Made by a program: the position numbers and the translations under genes
Assembly: GCA_039815185.1 (NCBI GenBank)
Contig: JBCBZT010000024.1
Coordinates: 48,670-112,669, forward strand
Origin: Cyanobacteria bacterium P01_A01_bin.123
GTDB lineage: Bacteria; Cyanobacteriota; Cyanobacteriia; Phormidesmidales; Phormidesmidaceae
DNA: 64,000 nucleotides
Direction: 5' to 3'
Shown: positions 30,005 through 38,762 of the stretch, in pieces
How positions within the stretch are numbered: position 1 is the first letter of the stretch
Layout of the letters: each line of letters opens with the position of its first letter
Notes under the pieces: generated by a model
The model's input: the letters and a program-made list of their open reading frames with translations, nothing else
What the model was told of the DNA's origin: nothing
Databases searched by the model: none

Positions 30005-31390
30005 TTAAGGACATTGATGTTCTCGACCGTCCGGCAGTGTGGCACCGCAAAGGCGGGTATAGTTAAAACGAATGCCGCTAAGGGTGGCTCCAAACAAATT
30101 GGCGTTGCTGAGATTGGCTTGGCTGAGATCCACATTGCTCAGGTTAGCATTTTGTAGATTCGCCCCCTGCAGGTTTGCCCGCACCAGGGTCGCATTGGTC
30201 AAATCGGTGTTTTGCAAATTCGCTCCGCTTAAATCGGTGCCGTTGAGGTTGCTGCTACTGAGGTCGTTATCGCTCAAATCGGCTCCACTCAGGTTTAATT
30301 CGCTGAGATCGACATCGGCTAAGTTGGCTCCGGTTAAGCGGACTCCTTCAGATTGGGTGTTTCGTAGACTAGCAGTGCTCAAATTCGTTTGACTCAAGTC
30401 GGCTCCTTGCAGAGTGGCTCCAGCCAGAGTAGCGTTGCTGAGATTAGCAAATCGAAAATTCGCTAGGGTTAGGTTTGTCTCGTTCAGATTGGCTTGGCTC
30501 AAGTCGGCAGCTGCAAATGTAGCTCGCGAGAGATTGCTACCGGTCAGGACAGCGCCAGTCAAATCAACATTGGCGAGGTAGGCAGCTGCTAGATCTGCAT
30601 TTTGTAGATTCGTATCGCGCCAGTTACCGGCTTGCTCAATGGTGACGTGGTCACAACCTTGAGCATCGGTAGCCTGAAGACAAATATGACCATCGGCAGC
30701 TCTCAAACTAGCGCCTTCTAGATTAGCTTCGGTTAGACGGGCATCCCGTAAATCGGCCAAGAAAAAGCTGCTGTTTTGCAGATTGGCCTGACTCAAATTG
30801 CTTTGGGAGAGTAAGGCTGCTTCAAAGGTAGCGCCTTCTAGGTTGGCCCCCATAAAGTTCGCCCCTTGGAGGTTTGCGCCATCCAAGTTAGCACCCGATA
30901 AATCCTCTCCGGCCAAATCTGGAGACGGAGGGGCATCGGTGACGAGTTGTCGCACCAGTTGCCAACGCGCTTCCAGTAGGGTGCGATCGCTGACTAAGGT
31001 ATCTGCTAACTGTGCGCCTGCTAACCGAGCCCCAACTAAGTTCGCGCCCCTTAAGTCTGCATTGCGGAGATCTGCATTGCGGAGGTCTGCATTGCGCAGA
31101 TAGGCTCCTTGGAGATCCGCCCCATTCAGGTCGGCCCCCTGGAGGTTGGCTCGTCCTAAGTTAGCCTGACGCAAAAATGCTCCACGCAGATCAGCTTGCT
31201 GTAAGTCACAGCCAATACATCGGCGGGTGTCAATCAGTTGAGCAAGGTCGCCCTGATTGACAGCAATCCCGGGGGAAGCCGCACTAGCCAACAGCGTTGT
31301 AATGCCACAGGCGAGCGCTATCGATCTTGGGAATGTCATGGGTATGGGCAAAAAGAGCTGAGGGTAACTGTCTAAGCGTGAGCAGGGCAA
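30005..31390 (-). CDS. Secreted pentapeptide-repeat protein
   Basis: Signal peptide, CIGCDL, A(D/N)Lxx repeats, LCGATLPDG end; true start probably the downstream ATG (MTFPRS). Confidence 0.9.
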   Translation of the reverse strand: MPCSRLDSYPQLFLPIPMTFPRSIALACGITTLLASAASPGIAVNQGDLAQLIDTRRCIGCDLQQADLRGAFLRQANLGRANLQGADLNGADLQGAYLRNADLRNADLRNADLRGANLVGARLAGAQLADTLVSDRTLLEARWQLVRQLVTDAPPSPDLAGEDLSGANLDGANLQGANFMGANLEGATFEAALLSQSNLSQANLQNSSFFLADLRDARLTEANLEGASLRAADGHICLQATDAQGCDHVTIEQAGNWRDTNLQNADLAAAYLANVDLTGAVLTGSNLSRATFAAADLSQANLNETNLTLANFRFANLSNATLAGATLQGADLSQTNLSTASLRNTQSEGVRLTGANLADVDLSELNLSGADLSDNDLSSSNLNGTDLSGANLQNTDLTNATLVRANLQGANLQNANLSNVDLSQANLSNANLFGATLSGIRFNYTRLCGATLPDGREHQCP

Positions 31391-31454
31391 ACCTATAAAA
31401 ACGGGAGACTCTGAATAGAGCCTCCCGCATCAATCAACCCCTCAGATAAGGGGG

Positions 31455-31700
31455 TTATTCTGCTGCACAGGGGTCTGCTGCACAGGGGTCTGCTGCACAG
31501 GGGTCTGCTGCACAGGGGTCTGCTGCACAGGGGTCTGCTGCACAGGGGTCTGCTGCACAGGGGTCTGCTGCACAGGGATCAACTTCTTCAGTTGCGCCAG
31601 CACAGGGGTCTGGTGTATCGGCACTAGGGCCGCAACCGGTAATTAGACCTACACTGAGGACGGAAGCAGCTGCAACTGCAGCCATGTAATTAACACGCAT
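31455..31700 (-). CDS. Small lipoprotein with (DPCAA)8 cysteine repeats
   Basis: GAGGAG RBS, lipobox LITG-C, one DPCAG plus eight DPCAA units. Confidence 0.85.
   Translation of the reverse strand: MRVNYMAAVAAASVLSVGLITGCGPSADTPDPCAGATEEVDPCAADPCAADPCAADPCAADPCAADPCAADPCAADPCAAE
31459..31578. repeat. 15-bp tandem repeat x8
   Basis: TCTGCTGCACAGGGG repeated eight times, last copy with one change. Confidence 0.97.
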
Positions 31701-31848
31701 ATTCTTATTCTCCTCTCAATGAATTAACCAGATCTTAAACCCTTACGAGTTTAGACGAATCTGCCTGAATTGTGCCAAACACGTCTACATTAACAACCGA
31801 TAGGCTGAGAATTCCATGAGGATAGTCTAGTTAACAGATTAATTTTGC

Positions 31849-32787
31849 TTATTCCATTACTAGGCGGAACCCAAATAAAATGTGTCGTGACTCGGTTGGG
31901 CGTTGGTGGCGGTAAGCAGCCCGACAAAATCCTGGCAAATCGTCCCAAGAACAGCCTTTCATGACAGACTTGAGCTGATCGTCTTGATCCGATTGCAGCG
32001 TACTGGTGTATTCGAACACGTTGCCTGCCATATCATCTATGCCATAGACACTGCGACTTAAGGGGTAAGCTGCGATCGCGCTGGTATGGTAGGCTCCCTC
32101 ATCTGCCCAGTTGGTCGCTTCGGCTTGCCATTGATTGCCCCAAGGGAAATAGCGACCATCTTCTGTGCGTGCCGCTTTTTCCCATTCCTCCGCAGTAGGG
32201 AGGCGATAACGCTGGCCATCTTGTGCCCCTCTCCACTGAGCATAGTCAACAGCATCGGCATACGAAATCAGCACCACAGGGTGGTTAGCCTCTCCAGACG
32301 GGAACCTCTGGGCCTGCCAAAGGTAAGGTTCAACTTCACTGTAAGGATGCACTAGAAATCCCTGCGCTTCATATTCCGCTGCTGAGATACCGGGGGGACG
32401 GTGATCGGTTGCCTCAACAAAAGCTTGATAATCTTGATTGGTGACTAACTGCTGATGAATACAGAAAGCAGGTAGGTTGAGGGATTGACGTTGGGGTTCA
32501 AAGTCAAACCAGCGGCGCTGACGCAGTCTCGATTCAGCTTCGGCGATCGCAGTTGGGGTATCTGCTAATGCCTCGGCAGAAATTTGATAGGCATAGTCGC
32601 GTTCGCCGCGATCGCTGCCAGAAATGAATGCTCCTGCTGGCACAAACTTAAACCCAGATTGGGCTTCACAGCGGTCACGGGTGATCGATAGGGCTTCAGG
32701 TGTTTGACAAGCGTTGATCAACACCACCAAACACAGCGATAAGATGGCACACCAGCCATAGACAGGATACCGATACATAGTTTTCAC
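31849..32787 (-). CDS. SUMF1/EgtB/PvdO (FGE-sulfatase fold) lipoprotein
   Basis: Lipobox LINA-C, VTNQDY..F, HPVV.ISY.DA, RLPTAEEWEKAAR, DMAGNVFEY, KGCSW...C, FGFRLV. Confidence 0.9.
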   Translation of the reverse strand: MKTMYRYPVYGWCAILSLCLVVLINACQTPEALSITRDRCEAQSGFKFVPAGAFISGSDRGERDYAYQISAEALADTPTAIAEAESRLRQRRWFDFEPQRQSLNLPAFCIHQQLVTNQDYQAFVEATDHRPPGISAAEYEAQGFLVHPYSEVEPYLWQAQRFPSGEANHPVVLISYADAVDYAQWRGAQDGQRYRLPTAEEWEKAARTEDGRYFPWGNQWQAEATNWADEGAYHTSAIAAYPLSRSVYGIDDMAGNVFEYTSTLQSDQDDQLKSVMKGCSWDDLPGFCRAAYRHQRPTESRHILFGFRLVME

Positions 32788-33148
32788 AACACATAGGTTT
32801 CACAACTGCGTGTCAATACGAATAGATTGGAATTCTTAGGTATAAATTGAATCTTTTTAAGTTGAGCCATATTGCTCATGACGTCCTTGTGGTAAATATC
32901 CTTTAATAACAATACTGAGCATAAAAAGTTAACGCCGCTCAATCGCTTTGACGATATGGCTTAAGTCACTTCGTAGGGTTTGGTCGGTTTGTGTTCCCTG
33001 TGTTTATGCTAAGTGTAGAGCGGGTTTGCTGTTGCAGCAGACCCGTTTTGCTTTGTTAGGATCCCGAATCGTCCAATAAGCGCTAGTCTAGCTAGAAGTC
33101 GGCCAAGCCGAATGATTTGATTACGTTGCGATTCTCATTCAAGTCGGA

Positions 33149-33760
33149 ATGGAAAATCAAAATTGGATTGTGGATGAAAACGGTTGCTATGAGGCCTTTG
33201 ATGATCCCAAGGCTGAAGCAGCATCTGAGCAAGTTTATCGGCTATACCGCTTTTTAACTGAGTTGGAAGACCTCCTGGCAGCAATTCCTGATAATGGCGA
33301 TCGTATTCGTGCGATCGCGCCACGGGTGCGCAAACTCTTGACCAGCTCCTACTGGCTCCAGATGGAATATACCCAACCCAACCCTGAACAAGGCTGGTCA
33401 GTAAAGTTTCTCTATCGTGAATACCAGTTTCCATTGACGGTACAGATGGTCACTTGGCTCCCAGGCACTGTTTCAACCATTCATAACCACGCCACTTGGG
33501 GGATGGTGGCCATGATTGGTGGTGAAGAAAAAAATACACTTTGGCGACGGGTGCCTGACGCAACCAACCCTCACAAAATTGAAAAGGTCGATGAATTGAT
33601 TTTGGGGCCAGGCGACATTATTGGCTTGATGCCAGATGCCATTCACTGTGTTGAACCCCTAGGCGATGAACCGACTGTTTCGTTTAACCTATATGGCGTC
33701 ACAGATCGTTCCCAACGCTATCGATTTAAGCCGGAACAGCAAACAGCAGAGCTGTTCTAA
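33149..33760 (+). CDS. Cupin, cysteine-dioxygenase-like
   Basis: W.PG..STIHNH.TWG, DAIHCV, SFNLYG. Confidence 0.8.
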   Translation: MENQNWIVDENGCYEAFDDPKAEAASEQVYRLYRFLTELEDLLAAIPDNGDRIRAIAPRVRKLLTSSYWLQMEYTQPNPEQGWSVKFLYREYQFPLTVQMVTWLPGTVSTIHNHATWGMVAMIGGEEKNTLWRRVPDATNPHKIEKVDELILGPGDIIGLMPDAIHCVEPLGDEPTVSFNLYGVTDRSQRYRFKPEQQTAELF

Positions 33761-33791
33761 ACGTGGTTTGGATCTAATGGATTGCTCTAGA

Positions 33792-34931
33792 CTACTGTCT
33801 TAAACTGCGCGGATCAAGGGCATCACGTAGGCCATCCCCTAAGAGATTAAAGGCTAACACTGTTAAAACAATGAGTAGGGCGGGCGGCCAAATGAGCCAG
33901 GGTTGCAGCACCAAAATAGTGGCATTGGTTGCAGAGCTGAGCATATTTCCCCAAGACGGATCAGGCTGCTGGATACCAAGGCCGATTAAGCTCAATACCG
34001 CTTCTGCAATGATGAAACCAGGAACGGCAAGGGTAGCTGAGATCACAACATAGGTTGCTGTCTGGGGTAGTACATGGCGGATGATGATGTAAAGCGATCG
34101 CCCCCCCATCGCTTGCGAAGCCTGCACAAACTCCCGAGCTTTCAGGGAAAGAACTTGACCTCGAATCACCCGGGCCAACCCCGCCCATCGAACAAATGAG
34201 GTAATTACAATAATTAGCAAAAACCGTTGGGCACTGCTGAGAGAAGCGGGCAGAAAGGCCGCTAAAGCCACGAGTAAATAGATACTGGGAATGGTCATCA
34301 GTACCTCTACCAGACGCATAAGGACAACATCGACTAGACCGCCAAAATATCCGGAGATGCCGCCTACAAGTAGCCCTAAGGGAAAAGAAATAGTAATGCC
34401 CACCAAGCCAATGCTGAGGCTAATGCGTCCACCGTGGATCAATCGACTCAGCTGATCACGGGCTTGCTCGTCAGTGCCCAACAGGTTGAGCTTACCAGGG
34501 CCAGCGGCCCCAAACAAATGTAGATTGCCGGGAATGCCGCCGAACAATTCTATATCTTTGAAAGCGGGATTCGTGACCGAAAACTGGGTCGGCAACGGCA
34601 ACTGAATGCGCAGCCAGCGATATTCGTCTCCTGTAATAAAAAGCCGCAGGGGTGAAGGTGCTTCAAAGTTGACAAACACCTCGCGATCGCCCGTATCTAA
34701 ATCTACTGGGCCTTGGGTGGTGGGATACACATGCGGACCAATCCACTGCCCGGTCTCTTGATTGCGCCAGTAAAGGGTGGTAGGCGGCAGGAGTGACCCG
34801 TCGGGTTGTGTGCCGTAAGGATCATAGGGGGCAAAAAAGTCTGCCGCAAATACCACCAAATAAAAGATCAACAACACAATGGCCCCGTAGCGGGCTAAAG
34901 GGTTTTGCTTAAGTTTTTGCCACCAAGTCAT
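33792..34931 (-). CDS. Peptide/nickel ABC transporter permease (OppC/DppC-like)
   Basis: LLGTDEQARDQLSRL.HGGRISL, EFVQAS.AMG, QPDPSWGNML, GDGLRDALDP. Confidence 0.93.
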   Translation of the reverse strand: MTWWQKLKQNPLARYGAIVLLIFYLVVFAADFFAPYDPYGTQPDGSLLPPTTLYWRNQETGQWIGPHVYPTTQGPVDLDTGDREVFVNFEAPSPLRLFITGDEYRWLRIQLPLPTQFSVTNPAFKDIELFGGIPGNLHLFGAAGPGKLNLLGTDEQARDQLSRLIHGGRISLSIGLVGITISFPLGLLVGGISGYFGGLVDVVLMRLVEVLMTIPSIYLLVALAAFLPASLSSAQRFLLIIVITSFVRWAGLARVIRGQVLSLKAREFVQASQAMGGRSLYIIIRHVLPQTATYVVISATLAVPGFIIAEAVLSLIGLGIQQPDPSWGNMLSSATNATILVLQPWLIWPPALLIVLTVLAFNLLGDGLRDALDPRSLRQ

Positions 34932-35062
34932 AAACTCGCATCGCCAAATGAAGTCTAGATAAAGCAGTCAGCGTGCTGAAACCTCCGCAAGACTGCCAGT
35001 CAAAGTGACTATAGCGCAAAAAATGATTGTACTGAGATCTCAGATAAGCCCATAACACTTGT

Positions 35063-35854
35063 CTACAGGTAATGGGCATCAACCAGATAGTCGCGATAGC
35101 GTTCCACGATGTCGTCAACTTCTGTGGCTGTCAACTCAGTTTGCCAATTTCCTACGAGTTTTTGAGTATTGGCAATGTGATCAATATGCAACAAGTGCTT
35201 GGTGTCGTAAATGCGATCCCAACTGAAGTCAGGCTGATACTGTTTGATCAATGTTTCAGCCGGCTTTTCCAGTTTGAGTCGACGTAGCGCCCCCCGCAGT
35301 TTAATCTTCAGTTGACGCTTACGTTGAAGCTGCTGAATGGCTTGACGGGTCCCTTCAGTGCCCCACTGTTGAGCAATCCGTTGAATGATCTGAGGAGAAG
35401 CATTGAGATTTAATTCTTCTGCCAGCTTATCCACTTCGCCATAGAGATTTTCCATCATTGCTTCGTAGCGTTGCCAGATAACTCCAGGCATTTGCTTGAC
35501 AGTGAAGTAAGTGGCTGTTGCTTTGTCTAGCAGTGCGTAGAGCTCATCATCATCTTTTTTAAACTTACGCTTAACTGAAACAGCTACATCTCGAATATCA
35601 CGATAGACGTAGCAAATTTTGGCGGAGCCATTGGCCAGGAGCGGCTCTATATCGGGGGGAATCATGTGGGTTTTGACCACATACATCTGATCGGCATCGG
35701 CCCATTGCTGTAGGTCTGCTGCCATATCCTTCAGTTTTTCAGGCCAAATCCAGCCGATAATCTCACTTCGTCGGGTCTCTGTCACCAGGCTGGAGACCAG
35801 ATTGTATTGCAGGGTCGAACCTGCACGATACATACCATTACAGACAATGAGCAT
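35063..35854 (-). CDS. Sulfotransferase-domain protein
   Basis: PAPS motifs GMYRAGST and YRDIRDVAVS; KTH; GNWQTEL. Confidence 0.8.
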   Translation of the reverse strand: MLIVCNGMYRAGSTLQYNLVSSLVTETRRSEIIGWIWPEKLKDMAADLQQWADADQMYVVKTHMIPPDIEPLLANGSAKICYVYRDIRDVAVSVKRKFKKDDDELYALLDKATATYFTVKQMPGVIWQRYEAMMENLYGEVDKLAEELNLNASPQIIQRIAQQWGTEGTRQAIQQLQRKRQLKIKLRGALRRLKLEKPAETLIKQYQPDFSWDRIYDTKHLLHIDHIANTQKLVGNWQTELTATEVDDIVERYRDYLVDAHYL

Positions 35855-36182
35855 CGAATGATTTCCCTTTTGAATCTTTAAATAGTGCCTGCACTGCAGA
35901 ACTTTATATCAATATTGCATGCGTTCCTTTTTAAGGACGCCCAAAAATTGAATAAAGTACCCATAACCATAGATAGAAAAGTCATATCTTCATCATCAGC
36001 AACCCTTGAAACAACCGCACGGCAATCATAGCCTTACGGGCTGGGGACGCTGACTACTAGCATCGTGCGTCTGGCTAGGCTAGATAGAGGCGCTCAATTG
36101 TCAGAATAAGTCTGTGCGCAGTGCTTATCTTCAACGTCAAGTTTTGGGCATGGCTGCTGCTCAACGCTGCTGGCATGCGGAC

Positions 36183-37034
36183 TTAAACCGGAGTAACGGC
36201 CTGTTCATTTTCTACCACAAACACGTTTGAGTACAGGTTAGCGATAATCTGTTTGCCTTCCTGAGTCAGGGATAGGTAGCGCAGCCCGTCTTTGACGTAG
36301 GGATGTACGACATTCCAGTAGAACTTGGGATAGTTTTTGCGCAGGTCACCGGGGTGGTTGTATTTCAGAAACTTATTTTGTCCAGTTTCTTCAAATTCAT
36401 AGAATAGGGCGCTAATTTTTTTCAGGTAGCGGGGGTCACTGAGCTGACCAATCAGATCTGCTGCCCGCAGCAGCCCCGGAAAGTTTTTCGTGTCTTGGTG
36501 GTCTTCTTCTTTGGGCACTGGGAAGCGAGTAAGCTCAATGTTGCGCTTGATCTCATCGGAATCGATGATGCCGTTTTTGCCAAACCGCTCTTCCACAAAC
36601 AGCTTGCCCCGGTCAACGTGATAGGGGGTCAACGAGGCATCGGAAGCCCCTTCTGGCAAATGCACGACTTCGCCATTCATCCCTGTGGCATAGAGACTTT
36701 CGCGATCGCGATCTTCCCGACATACCCCTTTGACATAGCCAATGTCATGGCATACCAGTGAAATAATGAAGTGTAGCCAACTTTCGCAGGTCACGCCGCC
36801 CTCTCGAATATGTTTACCCCGCAAAATCTCCTGGCCGACCAGCGTTACTAAGATTGTGTGCTCGACATTGTGGTAGAGGGCATCACTGTTGGCAATATTT
36901 TCTAGGGCCATGCTGCCTGCCCAAGCAATGATGTCTTCATATTCGGGGTGCAAACCACCATAGGTACGGTGATAGCCCGCGCGAATCTTGTCTACAAAGT
37001 CAGCAATTAAAATCTCAGTTGCGTTAAACATCAT
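36183..37034 (-). CDS. HD-domain metal-dependent phosphohydrolase
   Basis: YHNVEHT, CHDIGY, YHVDRG, RAADLIGQ. Confidence 0.9.
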   Translation of the reverse strand: MMFNATEILIADFVDKIRAGYHRTYGGLHPEYEDIIAWAGSMALENIANSDALYHNVEHTILVTLVGQEILRGKHIREGGVTCESWLHFIISLVCHDIGYVKGVCREDRDRESLYATGMNGEVVHLPEGASDASLTPYHVDRGKLFVEERFGKNGIIDSDEIKRNIELTRFPVPKEEDHQDTKNFPGLLRAADLIGQLSDPRYLKKISALFYEFEETGQNKFLKYNHPGDLRKNYPKFYWNVVHPYVKDGLRYLSLTQEGKQIIANLYSNVFVVENEQAVTPV

Positions 37035-37370
37035 GATGATTAGCTTCCAGGAGTGAGATGCGGCGAGACGAATTCAGGAACTCCTCATTGCTAGTGTAAG
37101 TTCGTTGGCTCAGAAAAGACGGCATAGACTGCAAGAGTAAGCCAAAAACCGCAAGCACCTCTTCTATTGGAGCAGGCGAGACACTTTTCGGTTGTGATTT
37201 GAGTCAACAGTATCGCTGAACTTGCTCCGGTGAATTTCAGCAGCGCCGCCCTGCGCCACGACATTTCTTTTCGTGAGTCATAATGGGGAAGAGAATCTTA
37301 AAATTTTATGTAGATTCTGCTTAAAGTGCTGATGCATTTAGGGTGTTTTCTAAGGATCAACGAGGCAAGC

Positions 37371-38684
37371 GTGGCTTATCAAGAGTTTCCTGAGTCGGCT
37401 GAAGCTGAATCAACTAACCTCAGCTTTCTGGCTAGTGTAACCCTGCCTAGACCGCCTAAGGGTCTGTTTGCAGGGAGGCGTGGTCTATTAGTGGGACTAG
37501 GACTGGGTTTGGCGATCGCGTTTATTGGCCCGCGCTTACTCCCAGGAAGGCAGGACGAAGCTGCTCAGCCGCCTGCCACTGAAACAACCGCCGCTGCTCA
37601 GAGCGTATCTGTCAGTCCGGCACAAATGACTAGCATTAACCAAACCCTAGACACCACGGGGACAGTGCAGGCTTACGATTTGCTGGCGGTAGCCCCCCAG
37701 ATCAGCGGTCTGCAAATTCGCTCAGTTTTGGTGCGCGAAGGCGATCGCGTAGCGGCAGGTCAACCGTTGGCCATCTTAGATGACGTCACTTTGCAAGCTG
37801 AAATTCGTGAAGCCGAAGCCGAAGTTGTCTCAGCCCAAGCCCAAGTTCGTCAGCAGCAGGCGGCGCTAGCCCAAGCTGAAGCTAGCCAGAATGAGGCTAA
37901 TACGACCCTGACCCGCTACAACACCTTGGCCGAGCGCGGTGCCATCAGCCAAGAAGAACTGGATAGCCGCACCACCGAAGCCGTCACCACCCGAGAATCT
38001 GTCGGCGTTGCTCGGGCCAATGTCGACAGTGCGCAGGCTAATGTCACCAGTCAACAGGCCAACCTGGCTCGCCTGCAGGCCCAACTGAATCAAACCGTTG
38101 TGCGTGCTCCCGCCCCCGGCACGATCGCCGAAAGCAATGCGACGCAAGGGGATGCTTCCTCTACCTCAAATGCCCTATTCCAGCTCATCCGTGCCGACCA
38201 ACTTGAATTAGAAGTTGATGTACCCCAAACTCAACTCAGCCAAGTTGCGATCGGTGCGCCAGTCACCATCACTGCCAACGCTGATGACCGCATCCAGCTT
38301 GAGGGCACTGTGAGTCAAATCAACCCCCTAGTCAATGCCGACACGCGCATTGCCACCGTCACCGTTAGTCTCCCCAGTAGCGCCTTACTGCGCCCCGGCA
38401 TGTTCCTCAATGCTGAGGTTGTCACTGGCAGTCGCCAAGGCGTGACTGTCCCTGCTGAAGCCGTTTTGCCCCAATCCGATGGCACCTACCAGGTCTATCA
38501 ACTCAATTCTGATGACACTGTCACTGCCCAGACGGTAGATATTGGTGATCGCCTCCCGACTGCTGCTAACCAACCCGCCCAAATCGAAATCACCCAGGGT
38601 CTAAATCCCGGTGCCCAGGTGGTTAGCAATGGGGCTAGCTATTTACAAGATGGCGATCGCGTGAATGTTGTAAAAACGCAGTGA
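37371..38684 (+). CDS. RND efflux periplasmic adaptor (MFP)
   Basis: V.EGDRV.AGQ.LA.LD lipoyl-like halves, coiled coil, LRPGMF; GTG start at 37371 preferred. Confidence 0.93.
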   Translation: MAYQEFPESAEAESTNLSFLASVTLPRPPKGLFAGRRGLLVGLGLGLAIAFIGPRLLPGRQDEAAQPPATETTAAAQSVSVSPAQMTSINQTLDTTGTVQAYDLLAVAPQISGLQIRSVLVREGDRVAAGQPLAILDDVTLQAEIREAEAEVVSAQAQVRQQQAALAQAEASQNEANTTLTRYNTLAERGAISQEELDSRTTEAVTTRESVGVARANVDSAQANVTSQQANLARLQAQLNQTVVRAPAPGTIAESNATQGDASSTSNALFQLIRADQLELEVDVPQTQLSQVAIGAPVTITANADDRIQLEGTVSQINPLVNADTRIATVTVSLPSSALLRPGMFLNAEVVTGSRQGVTVPAEAVLPQSDGTYQVYQLNSDDTVTAQTVDIGDRLPTAANQPAQIEITQGLNPGAQVVSNGASYLQDGDRVNVVKTQ

Positions 38685-38762
38685 AGCCAGGAGGGAGGTG
38701 ATTTTCATGCCACTCCCCTGCTTTCTCCGCGATTCCAAATCTTTCAAACCTAACCCCTCCCT

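Noticed and set aside
31459..31578. Possible CRISPR array
   Set aside because: Contiguous 15-bp units with no spacers, inside a coding frame; no cas genes in the window
31442..31624. Alternative (QQTPV)n ORF
   Set aside because: Shifted frame of the same repeat; the DPCAA frame has the RBS and lipoprotein signal
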